Shown piece by piece: positions 19,767 to 32,700 of a stretch of DNA of 64,000 bases. A model generated the notes under the pieces. That model ran no database searches. It had not been told where the DNA came from and saw only the letters and a program-made list of their open reading frames with translations. The position numbers and the translations under genes were made by a program. Origin of the DNA: an uncultured delta proteobacterium (GTDB lineage: Bacteria; Desulfobacterota; Syntrophorhabdia; Syntrophorhabdales; WCHB1-27); contig CAWEPK010000007.1 in the NCBI GenBank assembly GCA_963810935.1, forward strand, positions 160,001 through 224,000, in the 5' to 3' direction. The stretch's first letter is position 1. The number at the start of each line of letters is the position of its first letter.

Positions 19767-21158
19767 TCACGGCTGGTACGCCCAGAAGTCGTTGTATACG
19801 TTGCCGCTGACGTCCTCTCCGCCGAACAGCCGGAAGTTGCCGGCCGAGTCGATCCAGGAGACGGGAGAATTCCTGCCCCCCGGCGTGGCCGCCGCCCCCG
19901 CGTAGCTGACTGACTGATTTATGGTATTGCTGCCCGACACCCAGGTCCATGTAGTGGTAGACGGGTCGAATGTCCAGAGGTCGCTGAGGTCGCCATAATT
20001 GCCGGCCGAATCGTAGCCGTATCCGCCGAAGAGCCAGAATTTGCCGGCAGAGTCGGTCCAGGAGGCGGACCAACCCCTGCACCCCGGCGTGCCCGTCGTC
20101 CCCGTCGTCGCGCCATAGGTGCCCGGCTTACCTTGAGTTTTGCCGCCGGAAACCCAGGTCCACGTGCTGGTAGACGGGTTGAATTCCCAGAGGTCGTTGA
20201 GGTCGCCATAACTACCCGTCGAATCGTGGCCGTATCCGCCGAAGAGCCAGAGGTTGCCGGCCGAGTCGATCCAGGAGATGGAGGCGTACCTGCACCCCGG
20301 CATGCCCGTCGTCCCTGTCGTCGCGCCATAGGTACCTGACTTACCTTCGGCATTGCCGCCGGAGACCCAGGTCCATGTAGTGGTAGACGGGTCGAATTCC
20401 CAGAGGTCGTTGAGATCGCCGCTGTTCGCCCCCGCATCCTCGCCGTATCCGCCGAAGAGCCAGAATTTGCCGGCAGAGTCGGTCCAGAAGGCGGGCCAGG
20501 CCCTGGCCCCCGGCATGCCCGTCGTTCCCGTGGTGGCACCGTAGGTGCCTCCCGTACCTATGTTCTTGCTGCCCGAAATCCAGGTCCATGTGGCAGCAGC
20601 GGGGTTGAATTTCCATAGGTCGTTGTATGTGGAGCCAGTGCCGTTATTTCCGCCGAAGAGCCATAAGTTGCCCGCCGAATCGGCCCAGGAGGCGGAGGCG
20701 AGCCTGGCCCCCGGCATACCCGTCGTGCCCGTAGTCGCGCCGTAGGTGCCTGAATGATTTACGGTATTGCTGCCCGACACCCAGGTCCATGTAGTAGTAG
20801 CCGGGTTGAATTCCCAGAGATCGTTGAGGACGCCGTTGTCGCCGACCGAATCGTAGCCGTATCCGCCGAAAAGCCAGAAGTTGCCTGCCGGATCGGTCCA
20901 GGAGGCGGACGTCATCCTGGTCCCCGGCGTGCCCGTCGTGCCCGTGGTCGCGCCGTAGGCGCCTGAATGATTTACAGTATCACTGCCCGACGTCCAGGTC
21001 CACTCATGAGGCAGGATTGTCTGGGAGGGAGAGGCAGCAGAAGGAGAGGCGGGGGAGGGAGAGGCCGTCGAGCCACCACCGCTGCCGCCGCACGAACAGA
21101 GCAACATGAACACGGAAAGAATTGCACACGACAGCGTAACACTTCTGGATGCCTTCAT
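19767..21158 (-). CDS. Kelch-repeat (six-bladed beta-propeller) lipoprotein
   Basis: Lipobox-like LLCSC-GGSGGG, S/P/A linker, six ~70-aa repeats TWTW..PGxR..W.D.AG..WLFGG..NDLW; AGGAGG RBS. Confidence 0.85.
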   Translation of the reverse strand: MKASRSVTLSCAILSVFMLLCSCGGSGGGSTASPSPASPSAASPSQTILPHEWTWTSGSDTVNHSGAYGATTGTTGTPGTRMTSASWTDPAGNFWLFGGYGYDSVGDNGVLNDLWEFNPATTTWTWVSGSNTVNHSGTYGATTGTTGMPGARLASASWADSAGNLWLFGGNNGTGSTYNDLWKFNPAAATWTWISGSKNIGTGGTYGATTGTTGMPGARAWPAFWTDSAGKFWLFGGYGEDAGANSGDLNDLWEFDPSTTTWTWVSGGNAEGKSGTYGATTGTTGMPGCRYASISWIDSAGNLWLFGGYGHDSTGSYGDLNDLWEFNPSTSTWTWVSGGKTQGKPGTYGATTGTTGTPGCRGWSASWTDSAGKFWLFGGYGYDSAGNYGDLSDLWTFDPSTTTWTWVSGSNTINQSVSYAGAAATPGGRNSPVSWIDSAGNFRLFGGEDVSGNVYNDFWAYQP

Positions 21159-21280
21159 CCCTCATCCTCCTCGATCAGTTCCGGTAGCTAAGCTGTTTGG
21201 ATGCAATATGCAGGCTGCCGCGTCTGTCAGCGCACCGGTTTTACGGCTATATAATTGAAAGTTCCGTTCTATGCTCAGAG

Positions 21281-21333
21281 CGTTATGCATGTCGAAGAAT
21301 ACCGTTACGCGTTATATCGCATAGGATAGAACG
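21281..21333. promoter_or_regulatory. Tandem ModE-type boxes 3 and 4 (upstream of the kelch lipoprotein)
   Basis: CGTTAT-N12-ATACCG (21281-21304) and CGTTAT-N12-AGAACG (21310-21333); minus-strand TTGACA at 21337-21342. Confidence 0.6.
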
Positions 21334-21398
21334 GCTTGTCAAGCTTTTTCTAATCCTTCTGTGAAAACTGTATTGACCGAAGAAAAAGCTTGACATGA

Positions 21399-21422
21399 CG
21401 TTGCTACTCATGAGATATAACG
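21399..21422. promoter_or_regulatory. ModE-type box 5 (upstream of tpsA1)
   Basis: CGTTGC-TACTCATGAGAT-ATAACG just downstream of TTGACA at 21390-21395. Confidence 0.6.
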
Positions 21423-21914
21423 CTTAAGCTTTATGTCGCCCTGAGGAATAACGCCTGCGGAATGGCACTGGAAGACCAAGTCTGTCAGCCGTTATCGTAA
21501 TGCATCAACTCTGCGGGGCCGGAAATTGTGTATGCAGTCCGGCCGGTGATCCCGGACGTTCGGGCCACCCCCTTATCGAGGGAGTTGCGCCGGGGGTCAT
21601 GCGGAATGTTCGGTTATTTTTCGACCGCCCTGAGCCGGCGGCGGAAATCGTGTGGGCAACGGAAAGTAATAGATAAGAGGCAAGGTGGGACTGTTTTGAA
21701 GTCGGCGGCGTTCATCTCCGGCACAGCACAAAGGAAATTACCCGCACCGGCAAGCCTCATCCCGGCGTTTAAAGCGTCCCGTGGACAACCGTTTAAAATT
21801 TACACCCGGCCGAGTCCCGCAAGGATTTGCACTTTTAAACACCCTCGGCATCCGGGGAATTCGGATCGTGACGATTCTTGTTTTCTCAACCTGTAAGGAG
21901 CAAAGGAGGATGTG

Positions 21915-24900
21915 ATGAAGTGGATCAACCGGAAGGTGTTTAAAGAGAAGAAGAAGGATATCTCACTCGCCCTTGGCCCTGCTTTGGCTCTACGGTCTCC
22001 TTGCAACCCCTGCCCTTGCCGCCCCAACAGGCGGCGTAGTCACAAGCGGCGCCGCCGCCATAGTCCAGTCGGGCAATACAACGAACATCAACCAGTCCAC
22101 GAACAAGGCCTCCATCAACTGGCAGACCTTCAGCATAGCCCCGGCAGAGACGGTCAACTTCAACCAGCCTAGCATCTACGCCATCACCTTGAACAGGGTA
22201 GTCGGCAATGAGAGCAGTATCATCCAGGGGGCCCTTAACGCCACAGGCAGGGTATACCTTATCAACTCCAACGGCATCCTCTTCACCAAGGGGTCTAGTG
22301 TAAATACCTCAGGCTTCTTAGCCAGTACCCTGAACATAACGGATGCGGACTTCAACGCAGGCAATTACGTATTCAACGCCAACGGCTCTTTAGGCTCCGT
22401 AGTAAACCAGGGGACTATAACAGCCAACAACGGAGGGTATGTAGCCCTTCTAGGCAATACGGTATCCAACCAGGGGGTAATAGCAGCTACCAAGGGGACG
22501 GTAGCCTTAGCCTCAGGCGACCAGATAACCTTAAACTTCAACGGCAACTCCCTCCTTAACGTAACGATAGACCAGGGAACCTTAAATGCCCTGGTAGAGA
22601 ACAAGCAGGCCATCTATGCAGACGGGGGTACGGTAATCCTTACCGCCAAAGCAGCAGACGACCTCCTATCCGCCCAGGTGAATAACTCAGGGCTGATCCA
22701 GGCGCGCACTATAGACGACCTGAAAGGCAATATAAAGCTCTATGCGGATGGGGGTACGGTCAACGTGTCGGGCACGCTCGATGCCTCGGCTCCTAATGGG
22801 GGAGACGGGGGGTTGATAGAGACGAGCGGGAACAAAGTGAGCATAGCGGATAGCGCCATTGTAACCACCAAATCGGCCTACGGTACTAACGGCACATGGC
22901 TCCTGGACCCGGATGGGTTTACGATAGGGCTTACATCGGCAGACGGCGACATGACCGCCACCGCCCTCAACACGGCCCTCACCTCCGGCAATGTCACCAT
23001 CGCGTCTACCAGCGGGTCAGGGACCGACGGCAACATCAATGTCAATGGTGCAGTGACCTGGTCTGCCAATACCTTAACCCTGAACGCCACGAACAATGTT
23101 TATGTCAACGCGGTAATGACCGCCACGGGGACGGCGAGCTTCGCCGCCAACTACGGCTATCTGCTCAGCAACGGTGTCCCTACGACTACACCGAGCGGGA
23201 CGGGAAATGCCGATGGGACGCCGTATGGGCTTTACTGTTACCAGGGCGCTGCACTCGGCTCGTTCGTCGGCAGCGTCAATTTCAGCGGGATCGGGACCGT
23301 GATGTTGAACGGCCAGAACTACACCCTCATCAACGCCGCGACAACCACCGCGACAAATGGCGTGATGGCCTATGGACTGGATTACATCGCAAACAACCTG
23401 GCGGGGAACTACGTGCTGGGCAGCAACATCACGGGTTCCTGGACCGGCCCTATCTCGGCATCCGATTTTACAGGCAATTTCAACGGCTTCGGCCATACGA
23501 TCTCTTCACCCATCCTGACGGCAACTGGAGTGTTCGGCACTATCGGCTCCGGCGGAACGGTCAGCAACATCGGCGTCGTCTCCGCCACTGTCACCGCCGC
23601 CGCAAGTGGCGCAAGCACGGTGCCAGCCGTCGGGACACTCGCGAACTATAACCAGGGCGACATCATCAACAGCTTCGCCAGCGGCACACTGAATAACTCG
23701 AACATCACTAGCGCCGGCGGTTTGGTGGGCGCCAACTCCGGCCTGATCGCGCAAAGCTACTATGCGGGCCAGGTCTTCGCCGTGAATATCGCGGGCGGCC
23801 TGGTCGGCACGAACGCAAGCGGCGGGACGGTCCTCGACAGCTCGGCGCCGGGTTCGGGAGCCGCCTATTACGTCTGGAATACCTCCGGGGCCACAGGCAT
23901 CACCTATGTGGGCGGCCTGGTCGGCGTAAACCAATATGGCGGAACGATCAGCCGGTCCTATGCAGGAAACCTGATAAAGATGAGCGACACGACTTCCACG
24001 GCCGGTGCTTTTGTCGGGGAGAACAGCGGCTCCATCGACCAGTGTTACGCATACAAGTACAGCACGCTCGGTTTCCCCATAGGCCCCAATCTCGCAGGGT
24101 TCGTCTGGAACAACACCTCAACCGGCACGATCACCAACTCATATACCACGGCCCTTTACAGCAGCTCAACAAGCGCGAACTGGACAGCCGGCTTCGCCTA
24201 CGAGAACGAGGGCACGATCACGAACGCCTACGCCACCTCGTATTCCGCCGGCACCTTAAACAGCGCGCGATACGGATTCGTATACAGCAACACGGGCACG
24301 ATCACGGACGCCTACTGGTACGCATACACGAGTTCCGGCTCGACGCCAGTTACCGACACATCAGGCGCGACGAACCTGACCGCCACCCAGGCAGCTACCT
24401 TCTCAAGCTACACAGGGTTTGGCACCAGCGACTGGGCGGCCTCTAAATCCGGCTACCCCATCCTTGACAACCTCTTCGTATATGTGAGCAACAGCAGCAC
24501 CCCCACCTATGGCAGTGCCACGTCGACCATATCCACGCTGGGTCTAACGGCGCGGGGTCTACAGGGAGGAGGCGGCGCCGGCGGCGGCGGCGGCACAACC
24601 AGTCTGCTGGACAGCATCACCTCGACCACGTACAATCCGTTCACCGTAACGACGGACAACGGTTATGTAGATGCCGGTGTCTGGAAGGCTACGGCTATCC
24701 TGTCATCATCAACGCCATACGAGAACATCAAGGGCGTTGTCATGGTAAACCGCAAGGCCCTGACCCTTGCCTCCGGCACGGTTCAGAACAAGACCTACGA
24801 CGGCACCACGTCGGCGGCGTTCAACGGCACGCCGACCCTCAGCGGCTTCGTGAACGGCCAGACCCTCAACGTTACCTATACGTCCGCCGCCTTTGCCAGC

Positions 24901-27900
24901 CCGAACGCAGGGACGGGCCAGACCGTCAATCTCACCTATACCGCGGCCAACGGCACGAACGGCGGCCAATTGAACAATTACACGATCCCGAGCACGACCA
25001 CGGCAACGATCACGCCTAAGAGCATCACCGCCACTATCTCGGCGAATAACAAGACCTACGACGGCACCACGACGGACACCGCGACCTACACGCTGCCCGG
25101 CGTGATCTCTGGAGACAACCTGTCTTTGGCGTACAGCGCAGCCTTCACCGACCCGAACGCTGCAGCGAACAAGACGGTGAACATTACGGGAATATCCCTC
25201 TCGGGAACATCCGCCGGCAATTATTCGTTGACTAACACTTCTACTCTTCAGACAACGGCGACCATCAGCCCCTTGGCGCTCATCCTTTACGGTGCCCTAT
25301 CCTCGAATCCCGGTAGCACAACCATCCCCGCCTCGACCCTCAGCGCCACCAACGTAGTCGTGGGCGATACGGTTGCTATAGGCGGTTCGGCGACCATCGC
25401 CGGCACCTCGTCGGGCGCCCAGCCGATCACAAACGTAAGCAGCCTGACCGTCAGTAACCCAAATTACACACTCACCGGGGCAACCGGCGCGGTTGTGATA
25501 GGTCACCAGAGCCTGGCGCTGGACCACGTGGCCAGCGGCACGGCCAATATCTCCACCTCAGGCACTACCACCACTATTACGACAAGTACTAATAGTACGG
25601 TAATCGACTGGTGGCGCTTCATGATCGCCGCCAACGAGACGGTGAACTTCGTCGAGCCTTCGGCCACATCCATCGTGCTCAACAGGGTAACGGGTAGCGA
25701 GCAGAGCGTGATCAACGGTATCCTGACGGCGAATGGCAGGGTCTTCCTTATCAATTCGAACGGTATCCTCTTCGGGTCAGGCTCCAGCGTCAACGTCGGC
25801 GCCTTCCTGGCTAGCAGTCTCAGCATAAGCGACACCAACTTCAATGGCGGTAACTACGTCTTCGCCCCGGCCAGCACAAGCGCCCCGGTCATCAACAACG
25901 GCGGCATTACTACAAGCGATGGAGGGTTCATCGCCCTGTCAAGCAACCAGGGCGTCACCAACTCCGGCACCCTTAACGCCCCTGACGGTAAGGCCCTTCT
26001 GGTGTCGGCCGACAGTCTGACCCTGAGCCCGAATACGGCCACGAACGGCCTTACGAGCTATGCCATCGCCTCACTCGATGGGACGACGATCTTGAACGGC
26101 GTGGTGAACGTAGCGGGATCTCTCAGTAACGGGGGGCTCATAGAAACAGCCGGTTCGGTCATCAGCCTGGGCAATGGCTACCAGATAGGCACCGGCAACA
26201 GCGGGCCCTGGTCCTACAGCCTGCCCACTATCACCATCGGCAGCAGCGGGAATGTGGCCGCCTTATTCATAGAAAATAGTCTGGCCCTTCGCAACCTCAC
26301 TTTCAATGCACTTAACGGCAATATCACCTTCAACGACGCCGTCACCTGGTCCGGGAACTACCTCCTCACGCTCAACGCGGCGAACAACATCAACATCAAC
26401 AACGCCATCGCTGGGACGGGCACAAGTTCCGGCCTGGCCATGAACTACGGCGGCAGCTACAACATCCTTACTCCTGCTTCCTTCAGCGGCGCGGTCCTCA
26501 ACTCCGCCGGGATACCGATTGCCCAGACGGATACGAGCGGAGGGGTTTATGGGAGCGTCTCCCTATCGGGCTCGGGTGCATGCCTAAAGATAAACGGTAA
26601 TGCCTACACACTGATCCACAGCATGAGCCAGTCCCGATTTGCTCGACGGCTTTAACTCCACAACCACGGTGGACACAGGCACCATCTCCGGGTACTATGC
26701 CCTGGCTCAGAACCTCAATGCCTCCGGCACAACTTACGAGGCACCGCTCATAGGCGGCTTCTCCGGCACCTTCGCCGGTCTCGGGCACACCATCAGCAGC
26801 CTTACCCTGAACACGCCCTTGAGCGCGGTAGGGCTCATAGGCACAACGGCATCCGCAGGGACTACCGTGATACGTGATATAGGGCTCACGAACGTCAGCA
26901 TCACCGGGGGCGGTCTTCTGGGAGCGTTGATAGGCAATGCCGGTGCCGGAACCACCATCAGCCAGGCATATGCCGATCAAGGCAGCGTAACCGGTACGGG
27001 GGGTAGCGTAGGCGGGCTGATAGGGACCATTACGAGATCAAGCGTTACGAACTGTTACACCAACGTGAACGTGACTGACCCCACAGGGCAGTATGTCGGC
27101 GGGCTGATCGGCGCAGCCACTACCACACCTATCACCAGTTCACATGCTTCGGGAACGGTGATCGAGGGAACGGCAGGGGCACTCACTTATATGGGTGAAG
27201 GCGGCCTTGCCGGATATACCACCGGTGGTACGACAGTAACCAATTCTTACGCAACCGGCAACGTGACCGCAGCCGTCTCATCGGAATACGTAGGCGGCCT
27301 CATCGGGTGGCTCAACTCACAAACGGGTGACTCGGTCACTAACTCCTTTGCGACCGGAAGTGTGGTGGGATACAACACCGTCGGCGGCCTCATAGGAACT
27401 GTAGGCATGGTCGGGTCCGGGGGTCTGCTGACCGTCAGTAACTGCTATGCAACGGGCAACGTGACGTCAACCTGGAACGACTCTAACTCTAACGACAGTA
27501 ATTATTATAACGGAGCAGGCCTGGGAGGCCTTATCGGCTATGCGTACTATGTAAACATCACCAACTCCTTTGCCACGGGCGCCGTGAGCCTGCCCACGAC
27601 GAGTACAAGCGTTCAATTTCAGTACATAGGCGGCCTTGTTGGCGAGATACAGAAGGGATCGGTTACCGACTCCTACGCCACGGGAAATGTCAATGCCGGG
27701 GCGGCCGGTTACTACGTGGGCGGCTTGGGGGGCTCGGCCGGTACCACCGTCACCAACTCCTATGCCACGGGTAACGTAACAGGCTACCAGGATGTCGGGG
27801 GCCTGCTGGGAGTGAACTCCGCCACGACAAGCAACTCCTATGCCACGGGCAACGTGTACGCCACTTTCGAGATTGCCGGCGGCCTGGTAGGTTGTGGCGG

Positions 27901-28648
27901 CGGCACCATCACCAATTCATATTCCACGGGCAACGTGTACGCCGGTCGGTGGGCCGGAGGGTTCGCCGGAGATATCGCTTATATGACCATTATCAACTCG
28001 TACGCCACGGGCAATGTCACGGCAAACGGCGCTGCGGGAGGCGGGTTCGGAAGATTGGATGCCAATAACACCGTCACGGACTTCTATACGACGGGCACCG
28101 TCACCAGCAGCACCGGTATTGCGGGTCCACTTGTCGGAGAATTACAGTACGGGGGTAACAACATCACCAATACGTTCTGGAACGGGAGCAGCCAGGGGAA
28201 TCCGGCCGGCCAGACGGATACCGCCGGCTCTCTCCCGGGCCACGCCAACTATAACAACTCCCAGGGCCTCACCACGACACAGATGAACGACGTGCAGTAC
28301 TACATGAACGGCACCATCAATCAAGTGCTTGCAGTGCGCGCGGCGGAGGCGGCCTACGCAGCCCAGCAGGAAGCCAATTTCGAGGCCGACGGACAGCAGA
28401 CCGGCGGCCAGGCATCATTCAGCGGCCAGGAGAGCAACGCTACCGGCCAGGGGCTCAATAACCAGATCAGCAGCTTTACGCCTTCCAACACCGGGACGGT
28501 TAACGGGACGATGGATAACCATATCGTCTACTCCGATTCGGGCAGCTACTCAGCCACCATAAAGTCGATCAATGCAGACGGCATGCAGTTCGACCTGGAG
28601 GGCGGCGCGCCGGACGGTGCAAATGTCCCAGGCGGGACAAATAAATGA
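21915..28648 (+). CDS. TpsA/filamentous haemagglutinin-family exoprotein 1 (~2240 aa; two TPS domains, GLUG-like and YDG repeats); frameshifts at ~21970 and ~26632
   Basis: AAGGAGG RBS, signal peptide, INWQTFSI..LNRV..LINSNGILF TPS domain, KTYDG, many ATGNV/VGGL.G repeats; ORFs 21973-26655 and 26639-28648 join by comparison with the paralogue. Confidence 0.88.
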
Positions 28649-28682
28649 CCGGACTTCGACTAACTATGGAAAGGATAAAAAT

Positions 28683-29679
28683 ATGAACGTAATAAGATCG
28701 CTTATACTTGCTCTTATCATGGTTTCTCTCGGGTTTTCCCCGGTCTTCGCGCAGAAAACCGCGACGAAGCCCGCTGCAACAAACCCTAAGCCCGCCGCCG
28801 AGAAAAAGCCGGGGGTAGTGGCTGTAGTAAACGGCTCCGATATCAACCTTGACACTTTTACAGTGGAGCTGTACCGGGCGGAGCGCCAAATCCTTAACGC
28901 AGGCAGGCCGCTCTCCGCGCTGCAGGTGACGCGTCTGAAGTCAGAGGTGCTGGAAGCCCTGGTCAGGCAGGAGCTTCTTTACCAGGAAGCCAGGAAGACG
29001 GTCCGGGTTACAGACACCGAGATCGCGGGGGAGCTGGAGAAGCTGAAGGACCAGTTCCAGAACACGTCCGACTTCACAAGGCTCACTCCCGTGCTGCGGG
29101 TGCAGGTAGAACGAGGCCTCGCGATCCGCAAATACATAGACAGCGCTTACGTCTCCAAGGCGACCGTGACGGACGCGGAGATCAAGGTCCTATTACGACG
29201 GCCACAGGGACGGCTTCCGCCAGCCCGAGCAGGTGAAAGCAGCCTACATATTCGTCAAGGTCGATCCTCAGAATGAGGCCAAAAAAGCGGAGTCGAAAAA
29301 GAAGATAGAAGACATCAAAAAGAAACTTTCCGCAGGAGAAGACTTTGCCGCCCTCGCGCGCGCCAATTCCGACGACATCACCGGCGCACGCGGCGGGGAC
29401 CTGGGTTACGTGCGGCAGGGGCAATTGAACAAGCCCGTCGAGGAAGCCCTTTTTTCGCTGAAGCCTGGAGAAGTGAGCGACATAGTCGAAACGAAGGTGG
29501 GCTATAACCTCGTAAAGGCCGTAGAGCGCAAGCCCGAGACCACAATGCCTTTCGAGAACGTGAAGGACCAGTTGCGCACAGCCCTCCGGCAGGAAAAGGG
29601 GCAGCAGGAAGCTAACGCCTATATCGTAAAGGTGCGGGAGAAAGCCGCTGTCGAAACATTCCTGCCTGCGGAGGAATAG
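28683..29679 (+). CDS. Periplasmic parvulin-type PPIase (SurA/PrsA-like); apparent extra base at ~29187
   Basis: VAVVNG..L.RQELLYQEA N-domain; FAALARANSDD..GGDLGY..GEVS rotamase domain; joined read IKSYYDGHRDGFRQPEQV. Confidence 0.88.
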
Positions 29680-29735
29680 GTGGAGGGCTGGAGCCGTTTG
29701 TGTCACGGAGCCTAACAAATAACATGGGGGGCTTT

Positions 29736-32700
29736 ATGCGTATGAAATGGAGTCATAGTAAGAAACCGATGTCTCTTGCCTTGGCCCTGCTTTGGCTCTA
29801 CGGCCTCCTGGCAGGCCCTCTTCTGGCCGCCCCCACGGGCGGCGTAGTGACAAGCGGCACCGCCGCCATAGTCCAGTCGGGCAATACAACGAACATCAAC
29901 CAGTCCACGAACAAGGCCTCCATAAACTGGCAGACATTCAGCATAGCCCCGGCAGAGACGGTCAACTTCAACCAGCCTGGCATCTACGCCGTTACCCTGA
30001 ACAGGGTGGTAGGCAATGAAAGCAGCCTAATCCAGGGTGCATTAAACGCTACAGGCAGGGTATACCTTATCAACTCCAACGGCATCCTCTTCACCAAGGG
30101 GTCTAGTGTAAATACCTCAGGCTTCTTAGCCAGTACCCTGAACATAACGGATGCGGACTTCAACGCAGGCAACTACGTATTCAACGCCAACGGTTCTTTA
30201 GGCTCCATAGTAAACCAGGGGACTATAACAGCCAACAACGGAGGGTATGTAGCCCTTCTGGGCAATACGGTATCCAACCAGGGGGTAATAGCAGCCACCA
30301 AGGGTACGGTAGCTCTAGCCTCAGGCGACCAGATAACCTTAAACTTCAACGGCAACTCCCTCCTTAACGTAACGATAGACCAGGGCACCTTAAATGCCCT
30401 GGTAGAGAACAAGCAGGCCATCTATGCAGACGGGGGTACGGTAATCCTCACCGCCAAAGCAGCAGACGACCTCCTATCCGCCCAGGTGAATAACTCAGGG
30501 CTGATCCAGGCGCGCACCATAGACGACCTTAAAGGCAACATAAAGCTTCTCGCCCAGGGAGGTACGGTCAACGTGGCAGGTACGCTGGACGCCTCGGCCC
30601 CTAACGGCGGGGACGGGGGGTTGATAGAGACGTCGGGCAACAGCGTGAAGGTGGCCGACAGCGCAGTCATCACCACTGCGGCGGCTTACGGCAAGGCGGG
30701 GACGTGGGTTATAGACCCGGATGGGTTTACCATCAGCGTGCTGAACGGAGACATGAGCGGCACGGCGCTCTCCAATGCCCTTAATAGCGGGAATGTCACT
30801 ATCGCCTCTACGTCCGGCTCCGGCACAGACGGCAACATAAACGTAAACGACCCGGTGTCCTGGTCGGCCAATACGCTCACCCTTAACGCCACCAACAACA
30901 TTTACGTCAATAACGTGATGACGGCCACAGGGACGGCGAGCTTTGCGGCCAATTACGGTTACGTTCTTAACAACGGTGTCCCGACGACGACGCCGAGCGG
31001 CACGGGCAACGCGGACGGCACGCCTTATGGGCTGTACATGAGCCAGGGCATGTTTAACCCGAACTCCTGGACCAGGTCGTTCGCCGGCCAGATCTATTTC
31101 AGCGGGACCGGCACCGTGAAGCTGAACGGCACAACCTACACAGTCATTAGCGATTTGAACGGACTGGAAGCAGTCAACAACAATCTGGCCGGAAACTACG
31201 TACTCGGCGCCGACATCGGCAGCGTCATGTACTTTGGCCCGACTGCGTATTGGAATGAATTCACCGTCCCCAACTCCATCGGCAGCGCCGGCACCCCTTT
31301 CACCGGCAACTTCAACGGCTTAGGCCATGCGGTCCAGATCCCCGAGTTGGCCGCGACGGGACTTTTCGGCGCCATCGGCCACGGCGGTACGGTCAGCAAC
31401 CTGGCTATCTTCGATCCCCAGATCGACCCCCAGACGAACCCCTCTGTCGCGATCCCGGCCGTAGGGATGTTCGCGAACATAAACCAGGGCAGCATCATCA
31501 ACAGCTTTGTCTCCAGCCTCAATTGGGGTGTGGTCTTTAATAACTTGAACATCACCTATGCTGGCGGCCTGGTCGGCGACAATTCCGGGCTGATAGCGCA
31601 GACCTATGTTTTCGGCGCCCCTATGTATGCGACGAATGTCGCCGGCGGCCTGGTCGGCATCAACGAAGCGTCCGGCAAGATCATCGACAGCTCGGCGCGG
31701 TCCGACCCCAATACTTACCTCGGCTCTATCCAAAATACCAACGCCACTGGCATTACCTACGTGGGTGGTCTGGTAGGGATAAATAACGGCCAAATCGAAC
31801 GCTCCTATTCCAACGTCCAGTTACAGCTTTCAGACTCGACTTCAACGGCCGGTGGTTTTGTCGGACAGAATAACGGAACCATCGACCAGTGCTATGCATA
31901 TATGTCCGGAACCAACCAGGCTGCCACTCTCGCGGGATTCGTCTACGACAACACCGCAACCGGCAAGATCACGAACTCTTATACTACGGCCCTCTACACC
32001 ACCGATCCATCGTCGCAATGGAATGCCGGGTTTGCCTACACGAATGAAGGCACGATCAGCAGCGCCTACGCCACCGAATATTCCGGCAACACCGCAAACG
32101 CCGCCAGATACGGGTTCGTAGAGTCGAACACCGGCACGATCACGAATGCCTACTGGTACGCAGCGACAGCCTCCGGGGCAACGCCGGTGACCGACGGAAC
32201 AGGTTCGACCGCGACCCAATTGACGGACGCCACCGCAGCGGCCGCCCTTTCCAGCTATACGGGCTTCAACTCCAGCATCTGGGGGCAGGGCCAGGCAGGT
32301 TTCCCCGTTCTTCGAAACATCATGGTTTACATCTACACCGATACTTCCACTGACTGGTGGACCGCGGGCATTCCGACCTACGGCACCGTCAGCACGTTAT
32401 CCGACCTGAACCTGTTGCCGGGATGGGGCTTACAGGGCGGAGGCGGGATAGGCCAGGTGGATAGCACATTCACCGTAGCCCTTGACAACGGCTATGTCGA
32501 TGCAGGCACCCAGGCCGCCTCGGCCGTCCTGTCGTCTTCGGTCTACACGAACATCAACGGCCTGATCACGGTCAACCCCATGCCGCTGACCGCCGCCACT
32601 TCGGGTATAAGCGTCGCGGACAAGGTCTACGACGGCACAACGGCAGCCACCTTGAGCAGCGGAGCCACCGCGACCGTGACAACCGGCCTGGTGGGCAACC

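Noticed and set aside
19767..21010. Periodic DNA repeats as a CRISPR or other non-coding array
   Set aside because: The 210-nt period is in frame and codes for kelch blades; there are no unique spacers or cas genes.
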